From Candidatus Latescibacterota bacterium (GTDB lineage Bacteria; Latescibacterota; UBA2968; UBA8231): 64,000 nt of DNA. Position numbers and translations under genes: made by a program. The stretch spans positions 2,144,001 through 2,208,000 of the forward strand of contig CBDAOB010000005.1 in assembly GCA_965197905.1 (NCBI GenBank), read 5' to 3'. Numbering within the stretch: the stretch's first letter is position 1; the number at the start of each line of letters is the position of its first letter. Below the pieces are notes generated by a model. It had not been told where the DNA came from, did not search any database, and saw only the letters and a list, made by a program, of their open reading frames with translations. Of this stretch, positions 18,367 to 28,706 are shown in pieces.

Positions 18367-19380
18367 TCAAGGGATTGTGCGGAATCGTGTGCCGGACAGC
18401 ACCGCGGCAAGGAGCAGGCATGTTAGCCCGGACCACAAGAACGACTGGAATCGATCAGAATAGTCTATCTGTACATCTGACTCGATCGCGGTGGTCTCGA
18501 GTTCGCCGATCTCGGCGTAAATCTGTTCCAGCTTCTCTTCGCTCGTCGCGCGAAAGTACCTGCCGCCGGTTTGTGCCGCTACGTCGCGGAGCACTTCCTC
18601 ATCTATCTCCACCCGCACGGTTTGATACCGTGTTCCGAAGATTCCTTTGGTGGGTCGCTGGATCGTACCATCGCTGCCAACTCCGATGGTATATATGCGA
18701 ATACCGACGGCCGCAGCCAGGTTGGCAGCGGTGAGAGGATCGATCTCTCCGGCATTGTTCACGCCGTCGGTCAACAGAATAACCACCTTGCTCCTGGCCT
18801 CGGATTCTCGCAGCCGATTGCAAGCGTTTATGAGTGCCATGCCAATGGCAGTACCATCCCACGACTCGTCCGCAATTTCGATCTGGTTTAGAAAATCACC
18901 AAGAATGACATAGTCCAGGGTCAGGGGACACTGGGTAAAGCTCTCGGCCGCGAATGAGATCAACCCCATCCGATCGCTGGTTCGGCCCTCGATGAATTCC
19001 GCCACCACATCCTTGGCGATTGCCAGGCGACTTTTCCGGCCCTCGTTCAGATCGTCGAGCTCCATGCTGCTGGACACGTCGATCGTCAACATGATGTCGA
19101 TGCCGTCGGCCGCAATGGAGCGGCGCTCCTGGCCGTACTGCGGTCTCGCCATCGCCAACATCAAACTGCCGACGCCTAGCAGTTTCAGCACGAACAGGCC
19201 GTGCCTCATATGCGCCCACAGCGTGTTTGGGAGTCCTTGAAACACGCGCAACCCGGAATAACGTACGCTTGCTCGTCCGTCGCGGTGCTCGAGGAAATAG
19301 CGGTAGACAAACACCGGCAGAAGAACCAGAAGAAGAAGCCACTCAGGGGTCGCGAAACGAAGGTCAGCCAACGCGCTCAA
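18367..19380 (-). CDS. batA: BatA VWA-domain protein
   Basis: ARPQ, GIDIML.IDVSSSM, DRMGL..FA, TQCPLTLD, GTAIG, LLTDGVNN.G and TGGRYFRA. Confidence 0.92.
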   Translation of the reverse strand: MSALADLRFATPEWLLLLVLLPVFVYRYFLEHRDGRASVRYSGLRVFQGLPNTLWAHMRHGLFVLKLLGVGSLMLAMARPQYGQERRSIAADGIDIMLTIDVSSSMELDDLNEGRKSRLAIAKDVVAEFIEGRTSDRMGLISFAAESFTQCPLTLDYVILGDFLNQIEIADESWDGTAIGMALINACNRLRESEARSKVVILLTDGVNNAGEIDPLTAANLAAAVGIRIYTIGVGSDGTIQRPTKGIFGTRYQTVRVEIDEEVLRDVAAQTGGRYFRATSEEKLEQIYAEIGELETTAIESDVQIDYSDRFQSFLWSGLTCLLLAAVLSGTRFRTIP

Positions 19381-20306
19381 CCTGTCACTGCGCCTTCTGC
19401 AGGCGGCGAGACGGCGGATTCTACTTTACTCACGATGGACACTCCGGCCTGGGGAACCCACCGTGCGCCGCTCAGCGCCGGAGCGTATTTGGCGAATTTC
19501 ACCAAATCTGCGGTGCGCAGGAAATCCTCTACGTTTCCCAAAGCCCCCTGATCCACCGCCGGGTGCGCCCTCAGGTCAGCAACGATCTCGTCGGTGGTCC
19601 TTTCCATCGTTTCGACTTCGAGAGCGTTATGTAGAAATCGTCTGAGATTTTCTGAAAGCAGCGAATAGAACTGTTTGGTTTCCCCTTTCTCCAGCAGACC
19701 CATCCCTGCAATGCGCACAAACTCCGCGGCAAAATCGACCGGGGGCTCGGGTTCCGAATCAGGCGTTCCTCTATCTCGTCTCGAGACCCAGTAAACGAGA
19801 CCCATAAGCCCGATAGCGACGGCAGCAACGAGCACACCGGCCAGCCACAAAGGAATTCCTCCGGCGACTTCCCGCGGTGGACGGATGTCCGAAGGGGCGA
19901 TCTCTCCATCGGCGCGAACGCTAACGACCTCGATTTCGAGCGGATGCGAGTAGAAGGTCGCAGTATCTCCGGATGCGGCGATAAAGGTAACGGGTAATGG
20001 GGGAATTTGGTACTCACCCACCTGGAAGAGCCGCAGCTCAAATCTCGGTGAATTCAGCGAAACGCTTCCGTCCTGATCATCGTTCTGGATTAACGGTCGC
20101 GGCGAGAATTGATCCAGCGATTGAAATGCCTTCTCTAGATCGAATTTCTCGAAGTGCCCGGACTCAATGGTCAGGGTGAGGAGAATCGGGTCGCCAACGG
20201 TCACCGATGAGCTGTCGATGGCCGCAACAACGCGCGGATGTGTCTGTGGGGAGGAAGATGCCTCTCCAGCTGCGACAGCTACTATCAGAAGCCAGCCAAG
20301 AATCAT
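19377..20306 (-). CDS. Bat-operon membrane protein (Ig-like periplasmic domain, one TM, cytoplasmic helical domain)
   Basis: Signal peptide, VTVGDPI.L, DIRPP before a TM helix, then E.TT.EI and ADLVKFAK, as in the conserved protein upstream of batA. Confidence 0.75.
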   Translation of the reverse strand: MILGWLLIVAVAAGEASSSPQTHPRVVAAIDSSSVTVGDPILLTLTIESGHFEKFDLEKAFQSLDQFSPRPLIQNDDQDGSVSLNSPRFELRLFQVGEYQIPPLPVTFIAASGDTATFYSHPLEIEVVSVRADGEIAPSDIRPPREVAGGIPLWLAGVLVAAVAIGLMGLVYWVSRRDRGTPDSEPEPPVDFAAEFVRIAGMGLLEKGETKQFYSLLSENLRRFLHNALEVETMERTTDEIVADLRAHPAVDQGALGNVEDFLRTADLVKFAKYAPALSGARWVPQAGVSIVSKVESAVSPPAEGAVTG

Positions 20307-21697
20307 TGCTCCTGAGCTTCAGGCTTTTTTTGAAGCACTTGATCGAGACTCAAGGAAAGATCGTCGGCGACGTCTTCGTGAATGGCGTAGACGGACGGAA
20401 CGTCCCGGCGCATGCAGTACACCAAGCCCGCCTTCGACCTTCCCAAGTCGACCTCCAGCACGGTTTTTTCGGCGCCCATCAGTTTGATGGAGTAACGTGG
20501 ATCGTCCAGACCGTATGTGGACAGGTCCGTCTCATTGTCGCTCACGAACTTAACGACCTCCAGTTCCGTCAGATCGGTCATCAAGCTGTTGAACTTCCAC
20601 GATCGCGTTGCGCGATCAGATTCCGGCGATACCACTTGCCAGGTGTCGGCGGTATCCTTTTCGGCTACTATCTGCTCGTCCATCCCGTTTGCTTCTATTC
20701 GAGCCACCTCACTGCGATCGAATTTAAACGGTTTGCGATCGCGCAATTCGTGGGGAGGTTTCAGCAAGGCCGTAACGATAGTAGAATCCACCAGAAATAC
20801 CGGAGGCCGGCTCAGATCGCGGGCGAAATACCTGATGCCGTCTTCGGTTGCCCCCAAGCGGAGACGCTTCTCCGCCCTCTCCTCGCCGATAATCAGCGAA
20901 ACCTCGAAATTCACCAGACCGGCGAGGCCATATCCTGCTATCTCTGCCTCGGAAGGCACCTCGGCAACAAACGTGTCGATCTTGGCGTTCTGTATTTTCG
21001 CGAGCAGCGAGTCCACCGCTTCCAGGTTTGCCGGCACATCGGTGGGCTCCTTAACGCGCCAGTCCTCATCCCCCTTCAGCAGAACCATCCGGCCCTCCGG
21101 TCTCGCAACCCGAATCTCCCGGACCTCCTTCTTGTCGAACGGCAGGACGCGACGATCGCGCAGCGCAAAGACACCTTTATCGAGGCCGTCGTAGCGCCAT
21201 GATCGAACAGTAAAGATCTCCCGATTTCGGCCGCCTTGTTGGGCGTAGACGTATGAGCCCGTCGGGTTCTTGGGGCCGAAATAGATCGTATCCAACGCGG
21301 TCGAATCCGTCTCAACCAGAAGCTCCAGGAGAGGCGAAGCCAATTCATACCGCCGTACCAGGGAAATATCATCTGCCACCGCCCCGCTGTCGGCGATCAG
21401 ACGCTCGCGCTCAGTATCGCGAATGTTGTCGACGAATCTCCGCAGGGCCGATTCATCGGCTGCGCTTTCCACGGGCCTCGTCAGAAACCATTCGTCGTCC
21501 CGTTTCTCCAGTTCGATGGTGGTGTCGCCGCGATCTATGACGAATCGCTTCGGATCGGAACCGTCGAAATCGAGAAGTTTCTTCTCCCGTTGCTCGACAG
21601 CCTCTCTTTCCTCGCCACCCTTGATCTCATAGAAGTAGACGAACGCCAGCAGCCCGGCAAAGGCGACGGCGAGAATGGCATTGGTCTTGAGATTCAT
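20303..21697 (-). CDS. DUF4340-domain protein (three repeats), partner of Gld-like ABC systems
   Basis: N-terminal TM, three W....P...A repeats with Y[EG]L motifs and LRDR linkers. Located after gldG-like gene. Confidence 0.8.
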   Translation of the reverse strand: MNLKTNAILAVAFAGLLAFVYFYEIKGGEEREAVEQREKKLLDFDGSDPKRFVIDRGDTTIELEKRDDEWFLTRPVESAADESALRRFVDNIRDTERERLIADSGAVADDISLVRRYELASPLLELLVETDSTALDTIYFGPKNPTGSYVYAQQGGRNREIFTVRSWRYDGLDKGVFALRDRRVLPFDKKEVREIRVARPEGRMVLLKGDEDWRVKEPTDVPANLEAVDSLLAKIQNAKIDTFVAEVPSEAEIAGYGLAGLVNFEVSLIIGEERAEKRLRLGATEDGIRYFARDLSRPPVFLVDSTIVTALLKPPHELRDRKPFKFDRSEVARIEANGMDEQIVAEKDTADTWQVVSPESDRATRSWKFNSLMTDLTELEVVKFVSDNETDLSTYGLDDPRYSIKLMGAEKTVLEVDLGRSKAGLVYCMRRDVPSVYAIHEDVADDLSLSLDQVLQKKPEAQEQ

Positions 21698-21700
21698 AAT

Positions 21701-24700
21701 CTACCCTTGCATGAACGTGCGTTTGATCCAGACTAGTAGAGCTCCGTTGACGATGAACAGACCGGCGAACACCAGCTGGATGGTCTCCTGCGGAATGGCG
21801 ACGAAACCGATGCCGACGTTGAACACGCAAAGCACCAGCGCCGGCATCCACGCCCACTCCGCACGCCGGAACAAACCGACGGCGACGCCGGCGCTGAGCA
21901 ACGCCGCCAACAGGTAACCTTCTCCACTCAAGACCTCGCCAGCGCTGGCGCCAATAACGCCGAGAACGAAGAAAAAGACAGCGACGGCCGCGAAATTGAA
22001 GGTCAGCCATATCGTGAGACTTTCATAATACGTTTCGTATCCCCGCCTCAGCACGATTATCAAACCGGAAAGCGCCACTGCCAAAGGAAGAACAAAAACC
22101 GATCCCCAGATCACAGCGGGAGCGTTTGTATAGGTGAGATAGACCGGCGTGTTCGCCGGCTCCTTTACAGGAATGCTGAGTTTATCGCGACTTTCGGTTA
22201 ACCACTTGATCGAGCTGACGATCAGCTCGCCGTTCACCTGTTGACCAAAGAACTGATTGCGCACGAAGTCGGAGTCTCCGAACAGGACGAAGCGGGTTTT
22301 GATGCCGGCATCGACCAGAGAGTCGGGCTGCGCTTCAACCGCGACGCCCAACGACAACGGGCCCCGCGCATCCGTGCCGCGGTCGAATTCAACCTTTGCT
22401 TCGCGTCCGAAGATGGGATCGAGGTTCGTCTCGCCCCAGCTGCTCTGGTGGGTCATCAGCAACGAAACGACCTGGGTCTCGGCGGCCACAGCCGTAGGGC
22501 GCAACGACGGCATTCTCATCACCGACCTGGCCAGGGGGAAGAAACTCATTCCCCCCCGTGGTATTGCCTGGGTAATGGCGTGATCCCCGTACTGAACCAC
22601 CACCGGCGAGGAGACATCCGCTCCAAACAGCTGTCCGATGCCGCTGGCATCAACTACGAAGTTCTGTCCCAGCTGCACTTGATAGTGGATGAAGGTCCTC
22701 TCCAAGCCGGTGCGTAGACCAGGGTCCAACAGGAAGAGGGCTTTCTTGCCTCTGCTGAGGTGCCTTTGGATCTCTTCCCTGTCCTCGTTGGTAAACGGCT
22801 CTTTTGGCGCCAGCACTACCAGGAGCTCGGCATCTTCTGGAATGCCACCTTGATTCAACACCAGATCGCCCGACACCCCGTAGTTCATCTCCTCCAGGCG
22901 CCCCTTCAACATGCTGAATCCGTTTCCGTCCACGAGCCCGAGGTCTCCCTCCCCATGTCCTCCCGTGAAGTAGATCTGCCGCACCTCGGCTTTGATGGCA
23001 CGCTGAATCGCGTTGCTCAGTGCTTCCTCGGTTTGCGCGGTAATGCGCTCGGTGCGGACCTCGCCACCGACGTCGGCTTCTATGATGGAGGTGCCCTGCT
23101 CTTTGACCGCATACTGCTTGAGCTCCACGGCATGTTTCTTTGGATCCATCATTTCGAACTCGAAATTACCCGATAGGTGCGAATACTCTTCAAGGAGATC
23201 CCGAAGCCGAGGACTCTCGAGCTCACTCATAAACGATTTCACCGAGATGAAGTGATTGTCCTGCTCCAGCGGCTCGAGAAGACCTTTGGTGTCATCCGAC
23301 AGAGTGAACAGCTTCTCGGCAGTAACGTCGACCCGTTTGTTGTAGCTCTCTCCTAGATAGTTGATAACCCCGACGATAAGGAGCACGACCGCAACCCCCA
23401 GACCGGCAGCCAAGAGATCGGCCAAGCTCCAACTGCCCTTGCTGGAGACGATGGCGATGCCGATGAGAGACACGGCGGCGGGCCACAGCACCACACTGAT
23501 CCAGAAAATCCAGTCGCTCTGGCTTTGAGTGAGAGCGATGGGATTGTGTCCGGCCTCCTTTGGACGGATCGATATGAGACTCTCGTCCTCAGCCAGCCAG
23601 CTTAGGGTATTCAAGACCAGATCACCGTTCCCCTGAAAATCGAAGAACTGATTCGAAGCAAAATCCGAGTCCCCGAAAACCACCAGGCGGCCGGCAGGCG
23701 TGCCGTCAGGTCTCGATCGCAGTCCGGCCACGGCGAGCGATATCGGCCCCAACCGGTCCTGATCTTCGTTCAACTCGACCTTGCGTTGCCCCTTGCGGCC
23801 GAGCACCCCCAGATCCGACTCTGCCCAACCCTGCTTGCTGGTCGCGATCAATACGGTGGCATCGATGCCGGGCTTCTCTTCCAGTTCCACCGATCTCGCC
23901 AGTTGAAAGAAGGTGAGCACTCCGTCATGTTTTTGAGTGATCGGGTGATCGCCGTAGCTGGAAGCAACGGGAGTTGTCATGTCGAGCCCGAAAAGAGATC
24001 CGATTCCGCTGGTGTCGATAACGAAATCCTCGTCGATCGCGACACCCCACTCCCTCAGCAGTCCGTCGAGACCGCTATCATTGAGGGGATCGAGAAGGAC
24101 AAGGAGCGATCCACCCCTTTCCAGATACCGGTGTATGGCATCGATCTCAGGCTGCAGGAACCTCAATTGGGGGCCGGCGATCATCAGCACCGCGCAATCC
24201 TCCGGCACGTGGCCGGTATGTCCGAGAAAGAGCGAGTCGGTGATGGCATAGTCGAAGTCTCGCAGCCTCGCCTTCAAAACGCCCAGAGCGCCCGGCTCGT
24301 CGCCGAGGTGAGCCTCGCCGTGGCCGGTGGTGAGATAGATCTTCTCCCGCCGGTCGCGCAGCACCTTTATGAGAGCGCTGGTGATCTCCTTTTCTTCGAG
24401 AGCGGTGATGCGCTGCCGGTTCCCATCCGCTTCCACCACTAGGGTATTGTATTGCTTGACGCCGTATTCCTGGGTTCGCTCTGGTTCTTTGTCCGGATCA
24501 ATCATTTCGTAGTCGAACCGCGAGCTGTAGGTAGTGTAGGTCTTCAACAGGGTTTCGAGCTCGTCGTTGGAACCTTCTTCCATGAAGGCAAGCACCTTCA
24601 CATCCCTTGCCATCGACTCCAGCGTTTGTTGCGTCAGATTGGCCAGGCTGTGGAGTCTTCCCGCGGTCATATCAAAACGCTCGTGGTAGCGCTCGGACAG

Positions 24701-24940
24701 GAAATTCACCAGGGCGACGATGCCCAAAACCAGGATCGTGCCCCAAAAAGCGTTGATCCACCGACCGTACTGGCGAAACAGATCTGGATTGAGAACGCCA
24801 GAGAAGACCAATAGCCCGATCCCCAGGCCCACATTCACCTTGGGAAGAGGTCCGGAATCGGATTCCAACAGCATGGCGAGGCCCCCGGCAACGATGAGTG
24901 CCGCACCCGCCAGGCTAATGGGAACCGTATAGTTCTTCAT
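21701..24940 (-). CDS. GldG-family ABC auxiliary protein with two tandem GldG modules
   Basis: Duplicated motifs: RFDMT..RLHSL / RVDVT..KLFTL, IYLTTGHGE / IYFTGGHGE and VVFGDSDF.SN / VLFGDSDF.RN. TM helices lie between and after the modules. Confidence 0.85.
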   Translation of the reverse strand: MKNYTVPISLAGAALIVAGGLAMLLESDSGPLPKVNVGLGIGLLVFSGVLNPDLFRQYGRWINAFWGTILVLGIVALVNFLSERYHERFDMTAGRLHSLANLTQQTLESMARDVKVLAFMEEGSNDELETLLKTYTTYSSRFDYEMIDPDKEPERTQEYGVKQYNTLVVEADGNRQRITALEEKEITSALIKVLRDRREKIYLTTGHGEAHLGDEPGALGVLKARLRDFDYAITDSLFLGHTGHVPEDCAVLMIAGPQLRFLQPEIDAIHRYLERGGSLLVLLDPLNDSGLDGLLREWGVAIDEDFVIDTSGIGSLFGLDMTTPVASSYGDHPITQKHDGVLTFFQLARSVELEEKPGIDATVLIATSKQGWAESDLGVLGRKGQRKVELNEDQDRLGPISLAVAGLRSRPDGTPAGRLVVFGDSDFASNQFFDFQGNGDLVLNTLSWLAEDESLISIRPKEAGHNPIALTQSQSDWIFWISVVLWPAAVSLIGIAIVSSKGSWSLADLLAAGLGVAVVLLIVGVINYLGESYNKRVDVTAEKLFTLSDDTKGLLEPLEQDNHFISVKSFMSELESPRLRDLLEEYSHLSGNFEFEMMDPKKHAVELKQYAVKEQGTSIIEADVGGEVRTERITAQTEEALSNAIQRAIKAEVRQIYFTGGHGEGDLGLVDGNGFSMLKGRLEEMNYGVSGDLVLNQGGIPEDAELLVVLAPKEPFTNEDREEIQRHLSRGKKALFLLDPGLRTGLERTFIHYQVQLGQNFVVDASGIGQLFGADVSSPVVVQYGDHAITQAIPRGGMSFFPLARSVMRMPSLRPTAVAAETQVVSLLMTHQSSWGETNLDPIFGREAKVEFDRGTDARGPLSLGVAVEAQPDSLVDAGIKTRFVLFGDSDFVRNQFFGQQVNGELIVSSIKWLTESRDKLSIPVKEPANTPVYLTYTNAPAVIWGSVFVLPLAVALSGLIIVLRRGYETYYESLTIWLTFNFAAVAVFFFVLGVIGASAGEVLSGEGYLLAALLSAGVAVGLFRRAEWAWMPALVLCVFNVGIGFVAIPQETIQLVFAGLFIVNGALLVWIKRTFMQG

Positions 24941-24941
24941 C

Positions 24942-25721
24942 TCAGCGTCTCCATCTCGCCGACTCTACGACTCTGGTTGTTAGGAAAAGAGCCACGAAGA
25001 TAAAGCTCAGATAGAAGACGACATCCTTGCTGTCTATGACGCCCCTTTGAAAGTCCTGGAGATGTTGTATGAGCGACAGATACGACAGAATCTTGGCCGC
25101 GGTAGGGCCGGCGAAGCTGGCGGACCAATCGATCAGCCACAGCATGAGCAGCATTCCGAAGGACAGCAGCACGGCTACCACCTGGTTCTCGGTCAGTGCT
25201 GAGGCCAGCAATCCCACGGCAATGAAGGTGCCACCTAACAGGATGTATCCGAAATAAGCGGACCAGATCGGGCCCCAGTCCGGCTCCCCGTACACCTCGA
25301 GGATGACGCAGAAAACCAGGGTCAGCGCCACGATGAGGGTATACAGGGTCAAACAGGCGAAGAACTTGCCGAGGAGAACCTGGACTGTGGTGATGGGCGA
25401 GGTCATGAGAAGCTCCATGGTGCCGCCCTTCTTCTCCTCCGAGTAGAGCCGCATCGTCAGCATCGGCACCACCAGAAGCCAGATGAAGTCCATGATGCCG
25501 AAGAACTGAGTGACCACCATCTCGTTCAGGTTCAGATTTGGCAGCGTGCCGCCATAACGCTCCCGCTGCACAAATTGGAGACAGAGAAAGTTGAACTGCA
25601 TCAAAATGTTCCGAAACAGGTACCCGGTAAGGAACAAAAAGACGCCCGCAATCACGTACGCTACCGGCGATACGAAATAGGAACGTAGCTCTTTGGAGTA
25701 GACGGCGAGTAGGTTTCTCAT
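24942..25721 (-). CDS. ABC-2 type permease (GldF-like)
   Basis: KELRSYFVSPVAY, PMLTMRL.SEE...GT.ELL.T.P, LGKF, SALTENQ.VA and a six-TM pattern. Confidence 0.9.
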   Translation of the reverse strand: MRNLLAVYSKELRSYFVSPVAYVIAGVFLFLTGYLFRNILMQFNFLCLQFVQRERYGGTLPNLNLNEMVVTQFFGIMDFIWLLVVPMLTMRLYSEEKKGGTMELLMTSPITTVQVLLGKFFACLTLYTLIVALTLVFCVILEVYGEPDWGPIWSAYFGYILLGGTFIAVGLLASALTENQVVAVLLSFGMLLMLWLIDWSASFAGPTAAKILSYLSLIQHLQDFQRGVIDSKDVVFYLSFIFVALFLTTRVVESARWRR

Positions 25722-26666
25722 CTAAACTTTGACCTCCTCCGAAACCAACCTCAAAAAGATATCCTCAAGAGTCATTTCCAGTGATCGCAGCTCGCGCAGC
25801 CCGAATCCACCGTTTACCAGCTGCCTGGAGAGCTCATCCCGCACATCCTGACCGGGCGTGGTGCTGACGATATAGGCGGCATCCCCCACCTCGGGTACCT
25901 GCTCCACCGATACCTCAAGGACTCCTGACACGCCGGAGATAGTTGATTTCACCTGATCCTCGGGACCGGTCACCTGGGCACGTAAGACCTCCCCGTCCTT
26001 GAGCTGCGCCGTGAGGCTTTCGGGCGTTCCCTCACCCGCTATCCGACCATTGTTGATGATTACTACCCGTTCGCAGGTAAGATTCACCTCCGGAAGGATG
26101 TGCGTGCTAAGAATAACGGTGTGATCTCCGCCGAGACCCTTAATCACTTCGCGTATCTCGATGATCTGTTTTGGGTCGAGACCTACGGTGGGTTCGTCCA
26201 GTATGAGCACCGCCGGATCGTGAACCAATGCCTGGGCTAAACCCACCCTCTGCTTGTACCCCTTGGAGAGATGGCCGACGACGGTATTGTGCACGTGAGC
26301 CGTACCGGTCATTTCCATTGTTTCATCGACGCGTCCCGCAAGCTGTGCCGGCGGGATCCCCTTGATCTTGCCGACGAAGCGCAGGTAGGAGCGGACCGTC
26401 ATGTCGTTGTAAACCGGTGGATGTTCGGGCAGGTATCCGATCCGCTTGCGCACCTCCATCGACTGCTCCACGACATCGAACCCTCCCACCGAAGCGGTGC
26501 CAGATGATGGCGGCTGGAAACAGGTCAGGATACGCATCGTGGTCGTTTTCCCGGCGCCATTCGGCCCCAGGAATCCGAGAATCTGTCCTTCCTCGGCTCT
26601 AAATGTCACACCCTCGATCGCCGCGACATCCCCGTAGTTCTTGGTCAGGCCGTTTACCTCGATCAC
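25722..26666 (-). CDS. ABC transporter ATP-binding protein (GldA-like)
   Basis: Walker A GPNGAGKTT, LSKGYKQR signature, LILDEPT and STH switch. Confidence 0.95.
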   Translation of the reverse strand: MIEVNGLTKNYGDVAAIEGVTFRAEEGQILGFLGPNGAGKTTTMRILTCFQPPSSGTASVGGFDVVEQSMEVRKRIGYLPEHPPVYNDMTVRSYLRFVGKIKGIPPAQLAGRVDETMEMTGTAHVHNTVVGHLSKGYKQRVGLAQALVHDPAVLILDEPTVGLDPKQIIEIREVIKGLGGDHTVILSTHILPEVNLTCERVVIINNGRIAGEGTPESLTAQLKDGEVLRAQVTGPEDQVKSTISGVSGVLEVSVEQVPEVGDAAYIVSTTPGQDVRDELSRQLVNGGFGLRELRSLEMTLEDIFLRLVSEEVKV

Positions 26667-26687
26667 GTTGTGCCCTCCTTTTGTAAC

Positions 26688-27566
26688 TCAGTATCTCCGC
26701 ATCATGCGGGTTTGAAAAAATTGAACCAGCGGTTCCACATAGGATTGCGATACGTCCACTTTCACCTCGTCGATGCGAAGCCGCCTGAACAGACTTGCGC
26801 GCGCATTTTCCAGCTTGAGCTGGCGATCGGCAAACTTCTGTCTTATCTGGGGGCTACCCGTGTCCACCAGCAGCTGCTCCCCACTTTCGGCGTCCTGCAA
26901 GCTGACAAATCCGATGTTGGGCAGCTGGCGCTCCCGCGGATCCACAAGGCTCACACATATCAAGTCGTGACGTCGCCGCACCAGCTTCAAAGCACGGGCG
27001 TAGTCCCGGTCGAGAAAATCGGAGATCAGGAAAAACACGCTGCGCCGGTTGATAAGCCGATTCAGGTACTCCAGCGCTCCTGCTATCGAAGTGCCGGTTC
27101 CGCGAGGTCGAAAGTACAACAGTTCGCGAATGACACGCAATACATGCTTTCGACCCTTCTTTGGCGGGATGAAAACCTCGATGTCTTCGGTAAAGATCAG
27201 CAGACCTACGCGATCGTTGTTCTTGATCGCGGCAAACGCGAGCAGAGCCGAAATCTCGACTCCAGCCTCCCCCTTCATTCGCTGCCCGGAACCGAAGGCG
27301 CCGGAGGCACTGGCATCTACAACCAGGACTACGGTAAGCTCCCTTTCTTCATCGAACACTTTTATGAACGGCCTGCCCACCCGAGCCGTTACGTTCCAAT
27401 CGATGCTCCGCACCTCGTCCCCCGCCTGATATTCCCTCACCTCGGCAAACTCCATGCCCTGCCCTTTAAAGACCGAGTGATACTCGCCGGCAAAGAGATT
27501 GTTGACCACGTTTCGGGTTTGCAGCTCGATTAGGTTGACCTGCCTGAGGATCTCCTTTGGTATCAC
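26688..27566 (-). CDS. DUF58-domain protein
   Basis: GEYHSVFKGQGMEFAEVREYQ.GD..R.IDWNVTAR, D.S.S and ISDF. Follows moxR. Confidence 0.93.
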   Translation of the reverse strand: MIPKEILRQVNLIELQTRNVVNNLFAGEYHSVFKGQGMEFAEVREYQAGDEVRSIDWNVTARVGRPFIKVFDEERELTVVLVVDASASGAFGSGQRMKGEAGVEISALLAFAAIKNNDRVGLLIFTEDIEVFIPPKKGRKHVLRVIRELLYFRPRGTGTSIAGALEYLNRLINRRSVFFLISDFLDRDYARALKLVRRRHDLICVSLVDPRERQLPNIGFVSLQDAESGEQLLVDTGSPQIRQKFADRQLKLENARASLFRRLRIDEVKVDVSQSYVEPLVQFFQTRMMRRY

Positions 27567-27568
27567 TG

Positions 27569-28567
27569 CTAGGGCACCTCGACGTGCTCGAACAGCTTTT
27601 GGACGATTTGCTCGGAGTCGATCTCCTCCGCCTCCGCCTCGTAGCTGACCACGATACGGTGACGCAAAACGTCAGGACCGACCGTCTTCACGTCTTCGGG
27701 CGTGACATAAGCCCGGCGGCTCATAAAAGCTTGGGCTCTTGCGGCGTGGGCTAGAAAAATGGTCGCCCGCGGCGACGAACCGTATTCGATCAGATCGACC
27801 AGATCTTCCAGGCCGACCTCGTCCGGCCTCCGACTCGCATGGACCAGATCCACGATATAATTCTTGACCTTGTCATCCAAATAGACGAGCCGCACCGCTT
27901 CTCGGACCTGCTCGATCTCTTCGAGGCCGATTACCGCCGCTTCGACGGTGGGAGGGTGACCGGTCATTCGATCGAGAATGTGCCGCTCTTCCTCGCGCGA
28001 CGGGTAGTCCACCTTGACCTTGAGCATGAAGCGATCGATCTGGGCTTCGGGGAGAGGGTAGGTCCCTTCCTGCTCGATCGGGTTCTGGGTAGCCATGACC
28101 AAAAACGGATCGTCCAACTGATAGGTCTCGTCGCCGATGGTTACCCGCCGCTCCTGCATACATTCGAGCAGCGCACTTTGGACCTTCGCGGGGGCGCGAT
28201 TGATTTCGTCGGCAAGAATGAAATTGGCGAAGATGGGTCCCTTTTTCGGCACGAATTCTCCGGACTGCTGGTTGTATATGAGCGTCCCCGTCAGGTCGGC
28301 CGGCAGCAGGTCCGGAGTGAATTGAAGGCGTTTGAAGCTGGCCCGGATGATGGTTGCCAGGGTGTGGACGGTGAGCGTCTTTGCCAGACCGGGAACACCC
28401 TCGAGAAGGATGTGTCCACCGCAAAAAAGCCCGATCAGCAACCGCTCTACCATATGACGCTGGCCCACGATCACGCGGTCCATTTCCGCCAGTATGCGAT
28501 CGACCACGAGGCTGTGGCGCTGGACCTGCTCGCTGATTACCTGAATGTCGATGTTCTGCTCAGACAT
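27569..28567 (-). CDS. moxR: MoxR-family AAA+ ATPase
   Basis: LEGVPGLAKT, FTPDLLPAD, ADEINRAPAKVQSALLE and ATQNPIEQEGTYPLPEAQ.DRF. ATG 28567 with upstream GAGG. Confidence 0.95.
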   Translation of the reverse strand: MSEQNIDIQVISEQVQRHSLVVDRILAEMDRVIVGQRHMVERLLIGLFCGGHILLEGVPGLAKTLTVHTLATIIRASFKRLQFTPDLLPADLTGTLIYNQQSGEFVPKKGPIFANFILADEINRAPAKVQSALLECMQERRVTIGDETYQLDDPFLVMATQNPIEQEGTYPLPEAQIDRFMLKVKVDYPSREEERHILDRMTGHPPTVEAAVIGLEEIEQVREAVRLVYLDDKVKNYIVDLVHASRRPDEVGLEDLVDLIEYGSSPRATIFLAHAARAQAFMSRRAYVTPEDVKTVGPDVLRHRIVVSYEAEAEEIDSEQIVQKLFEHVEVP

Positions 28568-28706
28568 CGCCCTCGTGCGAACTAAAACGCCGCTCCTCCC
28601 GGAATCGGCAGTGCGGCTTGTTCCCTTGTCGGATGGCACGTACTACCGGCCCCTCGCGGCCGAACGAGTCAACCTCTATATACGCCTTTGCGCAAAAATC
28701 GGTTCC

